Below are positions 22,403 to 34,702 of a stretch of 64,000 nt of DNA, piece after piece. The notes beneath the pieces are model-generated. The model saw only the letters and a program-made list of their open reading frames with translations, was not told the DNA's origin and searched no databases. Positions within the stretch are counted from its first letter, which is position 1; every line of letters starts with the position of its first letter. The position numbers and the translations under genes are program-made. This DNA is from Hypanus sabinus (taxonomy: Eukaryota), in NCBI RefSeq assembly GCF_030144855.1, contig NC_082731.1, forward strand, positions 20,212,001 to 20,276,000, in the 5' to 3' direction.

Positions 22403-25400
22403 CCTTTGCCGGGTAAGTGACCGAAGTGCAGAAACAAATCCCCCCACAGCCACGTGATCGACTTAAGAACGAGAAAGTTATTCGCAACAGTTACGCAGTT
22501 TTGCGGAACTGTTCGTCAATGGAATGTGTACCAATTTGTACCAATTGAAAGGTTATGAAACATTTCCCAAACACATGCAACATGTTAGTTGATATAGGGG
22601 AAAAGTACCCATAAATGATCCACATTTGCGAAGTGCCGTACAGCATATTTATATTACGGGTGCAGGAGAAAGAAGCGAAATAGAGATATTCGAAATAGGC
22701 GAGGCGCCAATTTCATTGTATTTCTGGATATGTCCAAATAATGTGTGAACTATTCTCGGAATAGACGCTGAAAGGGAAGCAAGGGCCATTGCAGATACAG
22801 GAATAATATGCACAAGCTAAGGGCAGCGAGCACGTGCAACGAAATTCATACACAACGCAGCCAGCGAAATCGCTCTGACAGCTGTACAGATGTCCGTAAT
22901 GGTAGTGAGGGACACTGGAATAAACCCCGCGAGAACACTCCACATAGAGAGGGAGGCACACGGATAAGAAAATAGGAATACAGAAGGAAAAAATATCGGT
23001 GCAAAGGAAACCCCTCTAGAGGGAAAACAGGGAATAGATTTGTGGATGGGTGTCGGAGGCACTTAAACTAGAACACAAGGTCTGGGTGCACTGTGGTGAA
23101 GGGCGCAGGTGAAGAATAAGCTTCAGCAGCACTGAGAGGGGATTTCTAAGCTCAGGTGGCGTCCCTGTTGGCCCCCACAGAAACAATGCTCTGCAGCAAA
23201 GGCAGACAAGCAAATATATATTCAGACAGCCCGTATACTTTCAGGATGGTTATCGGATGAGCTGGGAAAGATGAGGATTTGTAAACACAACTGCTGCAGG
23301 TATTCAGCACGGGCACCCAATAAAACAACTGCTGGAAGCACTGTCTGCCAGCTGAAGTGACGGTAATTAAAGTGGAATCTCAGCGGTAAGAGAAGAGTAA
23401 GGATCAGTAAGTAATAACAAGAAATTGCATGTGTGCAGGAAGAAACGTCGGAAGCCAGTTGAATAAAAACAGACAGCTCTGAGGGGACCCTTGGTATTTT
23501 GTGTGTAATGTCTTGTAATTATGGATCACTTCAGCCCGCGGGTAGAAGCTTTCCGAACTGGAGACTGCATCGCCAGCTGCGCTGCACGGAGTGTTGTCAG
23601 GTAATCTTATCAAGGTGAAGAACACTTGCAGACGGCCATGACCAGGAAGCACATTTCACAGGGAAAGTGATAAATGAAATTTGCCGTCTGCGATGGTTTC
23701 GGGAACGATTCCACGTACCGTACCACCAAGGACGCGGCCTGGAAGATTAGTGCGCCTTCAGGGTCTTCGAACTGGATACGAGCTGATTCGAGGCCGGTTC
23801 TGCCGCCTGATGTGTTGTGTGAGTGCCGAGAACATCTTAAGCAGCAAGAACTAGGGACTGGAGTTATTTGGGCACAGAGCTCGGAAAAAGCGACGCTACA
23901 GACTTTGAAAACCATAAATCAGCGAGATATTTGTTATGTCTCTCCTCTCGCTATGAAACGGGAACAACTCTTTTCGCCTTCTGAAGCAGAAATAGAGGCT
24001 GTGATGTTTCGAATATTGGTAAAAGTTTTGCCTTTGATGTATTGCATGTATCTGTCTTTCCTAATGCTTTGCTGCAGGCTTGAGTGCTCTTGCTGGGTGC
24101 CGTTTCTTTTTACTGATGGGGGAGAGGGTTCGTTGCTTTGATGCTGCTTATACGTGGCAAGGGTGAGTTGGGGGGCGGATTTGCGTTTCTAATCTCTGCC
24201 ATTCGTTCTTTGGGGCACCCCTCTGTTTTCCTGGATGTTTTAGAAGAAATATTATTGCAGGATGTAATTTCTATTACATCTTCTGACAATAAATGTACCT
24301 ATTTAGTCTATCGAATCGATTGAACTCTCAGTGTTCAGGAAAGGTAGAAAACATAAACCAAAGAATACCTTTGCCAAAACTACAGCTGATGGGGAAGACA
24401 TGTGTTGATGCATTACCATTCATCCTGATGAGATTGCCAGTAATCCAAACAGCACTCTGGTTTACAGCCGCTATGAGCTATTGGTGGTGTGAAAAATCAT
24501 ATTCCTTATGGGATATTTACGGGCTGTGGTGAGACTGGGCTGTACAGGGACAGCCTGACACATTATGCAAAAGAGCTTTGTATGCGACTTATCGTATTGA
24601 AGGATCGAGAAAATTAACAGCAGCACATTGATGATCAGAGAGATCCGTGGCGAATGGAGATAGTTCTCCCCAAACCCCGTGACCAACACATGGTGAGGGT
24701 GTTGAGAGAAATTGCATGCTCCCAGATGGATCGGATCACAGGTGGTATATTTAAAAAGTGACACGTGTTTTTGTGAACGCTATCCGAGTCAGCCAGTGGA
24801 AACAATGGATTCAGATTATACTGTAAGTATCATCTTCTGGTTGCCGACATAGAAAATTCAGGGGAAGGAGTACAGCTAGTAACCGTGTAATTATAGAGAA
24901 TCCAAGAAATGGACACCAGCCAGCCACACCAGAACTGACCACAATGGATGGAAACTGATCCACAGCAAACGCGAAGGTAGAATGTAACGATATTGAGAGA
25001 GAAACCTGTGAATAACAGAATAAAAACCGATGCTGAATGTACTCTGTTCTGACCGCTGATTATTGAAGGTTTATGATTAGTTTAATAGCAGGAAATAGAA
25101 AATATATTACAGAATATCGCTCGGCAGAGATTTAAGTTAAATTAGACATATCCATAACTTCGATAGCATTGTAGAATGAGGAAGATTGCTGCCGGAATCT
25201 GAAGGCAGTTTCGCTCAGCCTGAATGGGAAATAGAAGTGGACCGGCCCCTTTCAGCAGTTGCGGACAGCGATCGCCTGTTAAATTCGGACAAGATTGCAA
25301 CCAGGGAGAGGTCTTTGCAGTAATTGAAATGAAATCCACCCGAATCCCTTATTGTATATCGACGAGACAGCCTGATAAATTTACTTTACTGCTGCCCCTG

Positions 25401-27090
25401 GAAAGAGAGAGTTTTTGATACCAGAGAATGAAGCGATGAAGACAAGGAATTGACTAAGCTTCAATCGGTCAGCAAAGGAAGACACAAGAGGCTGTTGTTC
25501 ACATTTCTGGACCAACTCTCTGCTTAGCATTTTGAAGGTATCAATTACGTATGATAGGGTAGATGTACAAGCGCCTACAGGAATTAAGGGAAGTTCCAAC
25601 GGAGGGCACTTATCTGCACAATTTGTGTAGATCTTCCTTAAGATTGGCCTTTCGTGCTAGATAATTATTATTGTCCAGGGTGCCGAGAGGAGGGAATGTT
25701 CGAGAGAACATGTTAGATCACGGACGAGGCAATGCTTATTAAAATGCATTTAGATGTCTGTGGTATGGGTGCGAATCGTCAGGTGTGAGGTTTGTGTGTG
25801 CTTCCAATGAAAGCATTGTGCGTGCATTGTAAATGTGGAATTGTCCATTGCTGGTTAGTCAATAAAATATGACGTAGCTTGGGCACCGAGACCTTTCAAC
25901 CGAAAGGACCTTAATACAGTATATTGCCTGCTGTACGTTGCTTTTTCAACAAAAAACTCACCCTGATTATATTGTAATCGGCTGTCATTTTCAGGTGCGT
26001 CGTTTGCTCCACTGTCTCCTAAGGGACTCCACTACTTACACCCTCCCGTCCGCTTTCCGCGGGGATTGCTCTTTCCGCGATTCCGTTTCATTCATCCTCA
26101 CCACTAATCTTCAACCAGGCACTTGCTCTTGTAAGCGGCTTGATAGCCACACCTCATTCCTACCACTGAGAGCCGAGTACGTTTTGCCTATTTTCGGCCT
26201 TGGTGGCGTGTCCTCCTTTTGCCGGAGGGAAGACATGCGGAGAGAAATGAGTCTGAATTGCGGCAGGGAGAGTAAAATCCAAGGAAAACCGTGGGGAACT
26301 AATCCGGTGCGAAAATGGAGGGAGAAAGATGACGATTGGGAATGATAGAGTGCGAAAGTGAAAAAATGAGACTTAAGAGCACTGAAATTGTGTGAGGGAG
26401 AGTTAGAGAGAAATGGTGATCGATACAGCAGCAAGTAGAACGAGAGGCAGGGGAAGAGAGAGAAGCTGGGAAGGGGAGAATTAGTGGACGAAGAAAGTAA
26501 GAAAGGATTGTGGTCCTGGCAGCGTAGGGTACTGTTTATTGCGAAGCTGTTTACAATTCTGGGCATCGGATTTCGGTGTTCGATTCCTGCGCATCTATAA
26601 AGGGCCGGGTTACCTCCCTTCGGAAAGTGTGGACATTCTGCGGGATCTTTAGTCTCCACCTACAGGCCAAAGATGTACTGATAAGTATGTCAATATCTCA
26701 TTGTAATTCGAGTTTTGATTAGGTTAGGGTCTTGGATCTCTAGATGTGAAACTCGGTGCCCGATGGGAGTATTCCGTGATCGACTGCTCAGTAAATAAAT
26801 AAAACAAAAGTTGAAAGTGTACGACTATGAAAGCATGAGAGAGATAGAAAGAACGAGTGAGCGAGAGAAACGGAAAGGAAAAGGCAGAACAAGAGGGAAG
26901 GAAGGATATATCGGGGGAGGTGCTTAAGAAAACAATTGCGTAGTATGAAAATAAAGAGGGAAAGACAAAGTATAAGGCAGGAACGAGATAAAGGAAAGCA
27001 ACGCTTGTGAAAATGAAGGAACGATCGATGTAGGGATACGGAAGGGGATGTAAAATGGAAGGTTAGCGATGAATATGATGTGAGGCGTTC

Positions 27091-27373
27091 NNNNNNNNNN
27101 NNNNNNNNNNNNNNNNNNNNNNNNNNNNNNNNNNNNNNNNNNNNNNNNNNNNNNNNNNNNNNNNNNNNNNNNNNNNNNNNNNNNNNNNNNNNNNNNNNNN
27201 NNNNNNNNNNNNNNNNNNNNNNNNNNNNNNNNNNNNNNNNNNNNNNNNNNNNNNNNNNNNNNNNNNNNNNNNNNNNNNNNNNNNNNNNNNNNNNNNNNNN
27301 NNNNNNNNNNNNNNNNNNNNNNNNNNNNNNNNNNNNNNNNNNNNNNNNNNNNNNNNNNNNNNNNNNNNNNNNN
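27091..27373. other. N run at the site of the (AG)n upstream of V3
   Basis: 283 N; flanks match those of 759-842. Confidence 0.95.
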
Positions 27374-27871
27374 GACTCAATGGTCACCAGACCAATTCCT
27401 GAAGTGAATTTACCTGCAGAGAGGAATATAGAGAAAGACACAGCATTGAGAAAAGACACATGGAATAAATGCCGGAGAGTCAGCGAGCCATATGGAGAAC
27501 ATGTCATAATGAATGAGGGACAGATAGAGATATAGATAGTTAGACAGATGGAGAACGAGAGAGTGGATGTGAGTGTGAGAGAGAGGTTTAGTAGAACAGA
27601 TAGGAATGAGGGGCAAGCATATGGTAAGAATATAGAGCTTTGAAGAATAGAGGGCTATCGATAAGCCTCGGTAGTTTAAGGTAAGGACATGTTCAGCACA
27701 GCTTTGTGGACCGAACGGCCTGTATTGTGCTGTAGGTTTTCTATGTTTCTGTGCTTCTAGTGAGAGAGACTGCAAATAAGAGAAAGGAGGAGAAACATTT
27801 CGAGGAAGTAATACTAGATAGAAAGTGGTGTAAAGGCAAGCAAAAACAACAAAAAGAACTGAAACAAAATG

Positions 27872-27916
27872 TGATTGGTGTCCGGACCGGATTCATTCGG
27901 CGCTCACAGCCAATCA
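27872..27916 (+). promoter_or_regulatory. V3 promoter: inverted CCAAT pair
   Basis: TGATTGG ... AGCCAATCA, same spacing. Confidence 0.6.
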
Positions 27917-28048
27917 ACGCAACGGCAGGACTGCGCCCCCACATTTACGGAAGCTGACATATGCTTAAGGTCTGATGTTACTCTTCAGTATCGGTCAGGG
28001 ATATTAACTTACTGGACTGCAAGTAAGCTGTCTTTCGAACAGGACACC

Positions 28049-28481
28049 ATGAATTTCCTGTGCTTTCTGCTGATTCTATTGGCTTTGATGCCCGGTGAGT
28101 CTTCGCGGTAACGGTCTGTATCTGTTCCTTATGTCCGCAGAAAGCACGATCTGTTCATGCATTCTGTCATTTTATTGCAGGAGCAATGGGGAAAGATTCC
28201 GTGACGCAGTGGCCGACTGATATAACGATTGTGGAAGATCAAAATGTATCACTGAACTGTAATTACACTGGTAATCCTTACAATCTCTATTGGTACGTTC
28301 AGCATCGAGTGGAGTCTCCAAAATACTTGCTAATGATGTACAGCAGCGGAAAAATTGAGCGTCATGCAGAATGTCCGGCGCGGTTTTCTGGTGGTTGGCA
28401 GAGAGACAACAAGACGGCACATTTGTATATCTCTGGTGCTTTCGTGTTGGACTCCGCCGTGTATCTTTGTGCCATGAGTCC
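28049..28481 (+). CDS. TRAV: TCR alpha/delta-like V gene V3, join(28049..28094,28181..28481), open
   Basis: Leader MNFLCFLLILLALMP|G; the V exon corresponds to ORF 28186..28494 (NCNYTGNPYNLYWYVQ...YLCAMS). Confidence 0.92.
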
Positions 28482-28520
28482 CACAGTATTGTAAGGTGAT
28501 GACAGCGCCGGACAAAATCC
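28482..28520 (+). other. 23-RSS of V3 (heptamer variant)
   Basis: CACAGTA + 23 bp + ACAAAATCC. Confidence 0.9.
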
Positions 28521-28540
28521 GTCTACGATGCAGTGAGCGC

Positions 28541-28554
28541 TCGCTAGAAGGGGC
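28541..28554 (+). promoter_or_regulatory. CTCF-like motif 20 bp 3' of the V3 RSS (weakest copy)
   Basis: TCGCTAGAAGGGGC. Confidence 0.35.
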
Positions 28555-31493
28555 TCTTTACCCGGAAGCTGGCAGGAGCGCAAAAACAAATTCCCTTGGT
28601 CACGTGATCGACTTAAGAATTCGAACATTATTCGCAGATGATATGCAGATTTGATGAAATCTCCGTCAATGGCAGCTGTACCAATTTGCTCAGGCTGAAA
28701 TGTTACAAAATATTTCCCAAACACATGCCATATTTTAGTTGATACAGGGGCGATAGTATCGATAACTGATATGGCTATTGCAATAAATGGACAGGATATT
28801 ACATTACGGGTGCAGTCGAAATAATGGTGAAAATAGAAAGAAACGAATTGCAGATAATCGAAATAGGCGAGCAGGCACTTTCAGTGAATTTCTGGATCTG
28901 TCCAAGTAATGAGGGTACTATTCTCGGAATAGACTCTGAAAGGGAAGGAAGGGCTATTGCAGATCAAGGAAATTGAAATAATATACACAAGCCAAGGGCA
29001 GCGAGCACGTGCACAACGTAGTCAGCGTAATCACTCTTACAGCTGTTCACAAGGCAGAAATGGCAATTCGCGATACTAGAATTAAATCCCCGAGCGCTCT
29101 CCTCACAGAGAGGGCGGCACGAGGATGTCAAATACGAATAGAGCAGGAGAAATATATGGATGCAGAGGAAACATCTCAGTACGGAAAGCAAGGACTCGCT
29201 TTGTGGATGGGTCTTGGAGGTAAAAGAACTTGCAAATGTCCAGGAAGGAACGTCGGAAGTCAGTTGAATAAAAACAGGTAGTGCCGAGGAGACCCTTGGG
29301 TAACATTCAAAAAACAAGGGGAAACTGTTATGTCCCGTTATTATGAACAAAAGAAAATCTGCAGATGCTGGAAATCCCAGAAATACATACAAAGTGCTGG
29401 AGGAATTGACCTAGTCAGGCAGCATCTCTGTAGTGATGATCTGTAATTAAGCTTCCTGGTTTGCTGTGTTCTTCTAGCATTTTGTGTGTATTGTCTTGCA
29501 ATTATGGATCAGCGGGTTGAACCTTTCCGAACCAGAGACTGCATCGCCAGAAGCGCTGCACGGAGTGTTGTCAGGTAATCCTACCAAGGTAATGAACTCT
29601 TCCAGATTGACTGCAACCAGGAAGCATATTTCACAAGAAGAGTAATAAATGAAATGTGCCGTCTGCGGAGCATTCGACAGCAGTCCCACATACACTATCA
29701 GCAAGGATGCGGGGCCTGGAAAGATTAATGAGCCTTCAGGGTTCCGGTCATCGACGCGGTCTGATTCGATGCCAGTGCTACCACCTAATGTGCAGTGAGT
29801 GTACGCGGAAGATCTAAAGCAGCAAGACATGGATGATCAGAGAGATCCATTGGGAAAGGAGATCCCAAATAAGAGTGATCAAGTCACGGTGATGGCGTTG
29901 TTGAAAGTGTATGTTCCCTGATGTATCGGACCACAGATGGTACTTTTAAAAAGTGAGACTAGTTTGTGGAGACTTCACGGGCAGCCAGTGGAAACAATAG
30001 ATTCAGGTTATACTGTCCGACTCTGCTTCTTCTTGCCACCGCACGAAAAGCGGCAGCAGGAGTGCAGCCAGTAACCGTGTAATTGACTAAGATTCAATCG
30101 GTCAGCAAAGAAAGACCCAACAGGCATAAGCATGAAGCTGCATTTCTGAAGACTGTTAGACCACGGACCAGACAATGTGTATTAAAATTCATTTATATCT
30201 TTGTTGTATGGCTGCGAATCGTTATGTGTGAGGTTTGTGTGATTCCAAAGAAGGTATTATGGGTGCATTATAAATGTGGAATTGTCCTTTGAGGGTGAGT
30301 GCATAATATATGAGCTAGCCTTGGCAGCGAGACCATTCAACGGAAGGGCCTCAATACAGTGTATTGCCTGCTGTATCTTGTTTTTCTAAAAAACTCACCC
30401 TGAGTTTTATCGGCTCTTGTTTTTAGGTGTCCCGTTTGCTCCACCCTCTCCTAAGGGAACCTCCTACCTACCTCTCCCTCTCTGCTTTCCGCAGGGATTG
30501 CTATTTCCGGGATTCCTATTCATTTGTCCTCACCACTAATCTTCTACGAGGCCATTATTATTATAAGCGGATTGATAGTTACACCTGCCTCACTACCACT
30601 GAGAACCGAATACGTTTTACATATTTTCTGCCTCAGTGGCGTGTCCTCCTTTTGGCAGAGGGAAGACGTGATGAGAGAAGCGCGTCTGAATTGCGGTTTG
30701 CGAGTGAGCAGAGGGGAGGGTAAAATCCAGGGAAAAGTGTGGGGTTCTAATGTGGTGCGAAAATGGAGGGAGAAATAGGGCGATTGGGACACTGGAATTA
30801 ATCCCGCGAGTATACTTCTCACAGAGAGGGAGGCCACGGATGTCAAATAGGAATGGAGCAAGAAAATTATATGGGAGCATATGAAACAGCTCTGGAGGAA
30901 AAGCAGAAAAGTTTTGTGGTTGCGTCTCGGAGGTAGAGAAACTAGAACACACGGTCAGGGTGCACTGTAGTGAAGGATGCTGGTCAAGAGTGAGCTTCAA
31001 CAGGACAGCCAGGGCTTTGCTAAAATCCGGTGGCCGACCTGTTGGCCCCGACAGAAACAATGCTCTACAGCAAAGGCAGACAAGCAAATATATATTCAGA
31101 CAGTCCGTATACTTTCGGGGCGGTGGTCGGATGGCTGGGGGACGATGAGGATTTGTAACCACAACAGGTGCAGGTATTCAGCACGGGCACACAATACAAC
31201 AAATGCTGGACGCACTCTCTGCCAGCTCAAGTGACATTAACTAAAGTGGAATCTCAGAAGTAGGAAGAAACGTCGGAAGCCAGTTTAATAAAAATTCCAT
31301 TCCAAAAGCGGGGGAAACCTTATGTCTCGACATATGAACAAAAGGAAATCTGCAGATGCTGGAAATTAAAGAAATACTCACAATATGTTGGAGGAATTGA
31401 CCTGACCAGGTAGCATCTCTGTAGTGATGAACTGTGATGATGCTGCCTGGCCTGCTGCGTTCCTCCAGCATTGTGAGTGTATTGTCTTGTAAT

Positions 31494-34400
31494 TATAGAC
31501 AACTTCCACTGCTTTAACCTCGTCAACTTTCCTAGTAGCCTCTTCAAAAAATTCAATAGGAATTGTCAAAAATGACCATCTACGCACAAATCCATGTTGA
31601 CTGTTCCTAATCAAATCCTGACTATCCAGATAATTATATATACCAACTCTATGAAGACTTTCGATTAATTTAACCACCACTTACGACAAACGTACAGGGC
31701 GATAATTTCTAGGATTACTCTTAGAAACCTTTTTAAACAATGGAACAACATGAGCAATATGCCAAACCGCCGGCACCAAATCTGTTTCTAATGACATTTG
31801 AAAAATTTCTGTCAGAGCCCCTGTTATTTCTACACAAACTTCCGTCCAGGTCCTGGGGAAATCCTGTCAGGATCCTGAGACTTATGCACTTTTATATTCT
31901 TTAAAATCGCCAGTATTTCCTCTTCTTTAATCATAATAGATTCTCTGACCTGATTCCCATACCTGATACAATTCAGTACCCTCCTCCTTAGTGAATACCG
32001 AAGAAAAGAAATTGTTCAAAATCTCCTCCATCTCTTTTGGCTTCACACGTTGCGGTCCAACCTCATTCGCTAAGTGTCCAATTTTATCCCTCACTATCAT
32101 TTTGCTATTAATATAACTCTAGAAACCCTTTGGATTTATTTTCACCTTACTTGGCTAAACAACCTCATATCTTCTTTTATCTTTTCTAATTTCATTAATA
32201 AGATAGTTCTTACATTCTTTATATTCCTCGAGCACCTCATTTACTCCATGCTGCCGATATTTATTGTAGAATCTCTGTCTTTTCCCGTGCAAAGTTTACA
32301 ATATCCCTTGAAAACCATGGCTCTCTCAAACATTTAACCTTTCCTTTCAACTTAACAGGAACAGAAAGATTATGTAGCCTCAAAAATTCACCTTTAAATG
32401 ACTTCCAATTCTCTATTACATCCTTCCCATAAAACAAATTATCCCAATCCACTCTTCTAAATCCTTTTGCATCTTCTCAAAGTTAGCCTTTCTCTAATTA
32501 AAAATCTCAACCGTGGGTCCAGTCCTATCCTTCTCCAAAATTATACTGGAAGTAATGGCATTATGATCACTGGACCCGAAGTTCTCCCCAACACAGACCT
32601 CCGTCACGTGACCTATCTCATCCCCTAACAGGAGATCCAACACTGTCCCTTGTCTAGATGGTACCCCTATGTCCTGCTGCTGCTGCAAAAAATAATACAT
32701 TCTGCACACATTTAAAAAAAACTCCAACCATTCTGCCTTTTACAGAATGGGCTTCCCAGTCTATGTGTGGAGAATTGAAATCTGCCACAATCACACCCTT
32801 GTGCTTACTAAAAATACTTCCTATCTCCTTACAAGTTTGCTCCTCCAATTCTCGCTCTCCATTACGCGGTCAAAAATACACCCATATCAGTGTTACTGCA
32901 CCATTCTCATCCCTCATTTCGAACCAAATAGTCTCCCTAGACGAGCCCTCTAATCTGTACTGCCAAAGCACCGCAGTAATATTTTCTCTGACAAGCAATG
33001 CAACACCTTCCCCTCTCGCCCCCCCCCCCCCCCCGATTCTATCACACTTGAAGCAAAGAAATCCGGGAAAATTAATTGCCAATCACACCCTCCTTCACTA
33101 ATAGCTGCAGCATCATATTTCCAGGTATCAATCCACGCTCTAAACTCATCCAGCTTTACTACAATGTTCCTAGCATTAAAATAAATGTATTTAAGAAACG
33201 CTCCACCTCTTACCGTCTGTTTATCCCGGACGGTGCAAACAACTTTATTATCTTCTTTTTCTTCCGTCTCCCCTTATAACTTCGGTCTGAGCGCTCCCCT
33301 ACTCTGTCACCTGCCTATCCTCCCTCACACACTGTCTACTAGTTTTCTCTATTTGTGAATTTAGCTTCTATCTCTGAGTCTCTTCAATTTGACTCACACC
33401 CCTAACCATTCGGTTTAAAGTCTATCCAGTAGCCTTAGCAAATCTACCCGCCAGGATATTGGCCCTCCTGGGATTCAAATGCAACCCGTCCTTTTTGTAC
33501 AGGGCACACCTACCCGAAATGAGGTCCCAATGATCCAGAAATTTGAATCCCTGCCTCTTGCTCCAATCCCTCAGCCACACATTTATTCTCCACCTCACTC
33601 CATTCCTATTCTCACTGTCGCGTGTCACAGGCAGTAATCCCGAGATTACTACCTTTGCGGTCCTTCTGCTCAGATGCCTTCCTAACTACCTATATTCTCC
33701 TTTCAGGACATTTTCCCTTTTCCTACCTATGTCATTGGTACCTATATGCACAACGACCTCTGGCTCCTCACCCTCCCACTTCAGGATATCTTGGACGCGA
33801 TCAGAAACATCCGGGACCCTGGCACCAGAGAGGCAAACTACCATCCAGGTCTCCTGACTGCTTCCACAGAATCGCCTATCTGACCCCCTGACTATCGAGT
33901 TCCCTATTACTACTGCCTTCCTCTTCCTTTCCCTACCCTTCTGAGCTACAGAGCCGGTCTTTGTGTCGGAGGCACGGCCACTGTTGCTTCCCACAGATAG
34001 GCTGTCCCCCCAACAGTACTCAAACAGGGGTACTTATTCTCAAGGTGTACAACCACCTAGGTTCTCTCTAGTGCCTGACTCTCCCCCTTCCCTCTCCTAA
34101 CCGTGACCCACTTGTCTGCCTCCCGTGGCCCTGATGTGGGCACCTGCTTGTAACTCCTCTCTATCAGCTCTTCACTCTCCCTGACCAGACGAAGGTCACG
34201 GAGCTGCAGTTCCAGTTCCCAAACACGGTCCCTTAGGAGCTGCGGCTTGTCTCATCTGGCGCAGATATGGTCGGCCGAGAGGCGAGGAGACTCCAGAACC
34301 TCGCACATCTGACACCGAGAACAATAAGCTGCCCTCTCACTCATTATTCCCTCTTTGCTCAAATAACAGGAAAAATTGAAAAATAAACCTATCTTGCCAC

Positions 34401-34702
34401 GCTTATTTCCGCCTAAACCCGTCGAGCTAAAGCCCTTAAGACTTCACTGTGCACCCAGCTCACTCTGCTACCCGCAAACGACGCTAGCCGCTGTGAGGCT
34501 GAGTTGCTTTTAAATTTTCCGCGCTTCAGTGCCCGCCGTCACACGCCTGCGCAGTCCCTCCTCTCTTAACCCCGATGAGATGAAAAGATCGAAATGGCTC
34601 ACGCAGAACTCCGGTTCTGATTTCAGACTTACTTCTCCAAATTAAACCTGAATCAGGATTTCTTTCCTTTTAAATCTTCCAGAGTCCAGGTGGACTCTGA
34701 TC
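31494..34702 (-). mobile_element. CR1 LINE, duplicate of 5054-8253 (co-duplicated with flanks)
   Basis: Same junctions. ORF1 ~34344-33422 includes AVVIGNSIVRG..VVVHIGTND (ORF 33686..33994). Confidence 0.9.

Larger units (their letters stand above)
15640..29270 (+). repeat. Segmental duplicate of ~50130-64000 (V2-V3 block vs V5-V6 block)
   Basis: Colinear, with the shared SINE/TSD insertion and shared loss of the PLE hairpin after V2 and V5. Confidence 0.9.

Noticed and set aside
23674-24141. 155/161-aa ORFs at 23674 and 58530 and related 65-aa ORFs
   Set aside because: They lie in the repeated retroposon-like module; paralogous copies have stops and frameshifts, and there are no recognisable domains.
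24433-24475. Hammerhead-like CTGATGA + GATTG/TAATC stem (also at ~17931, 40223, 52449, 59274)
   Set aside because: The stem is followed by CAAA instead of the essential GAAA in all copies, stem III is poor and there is no stem I complement.
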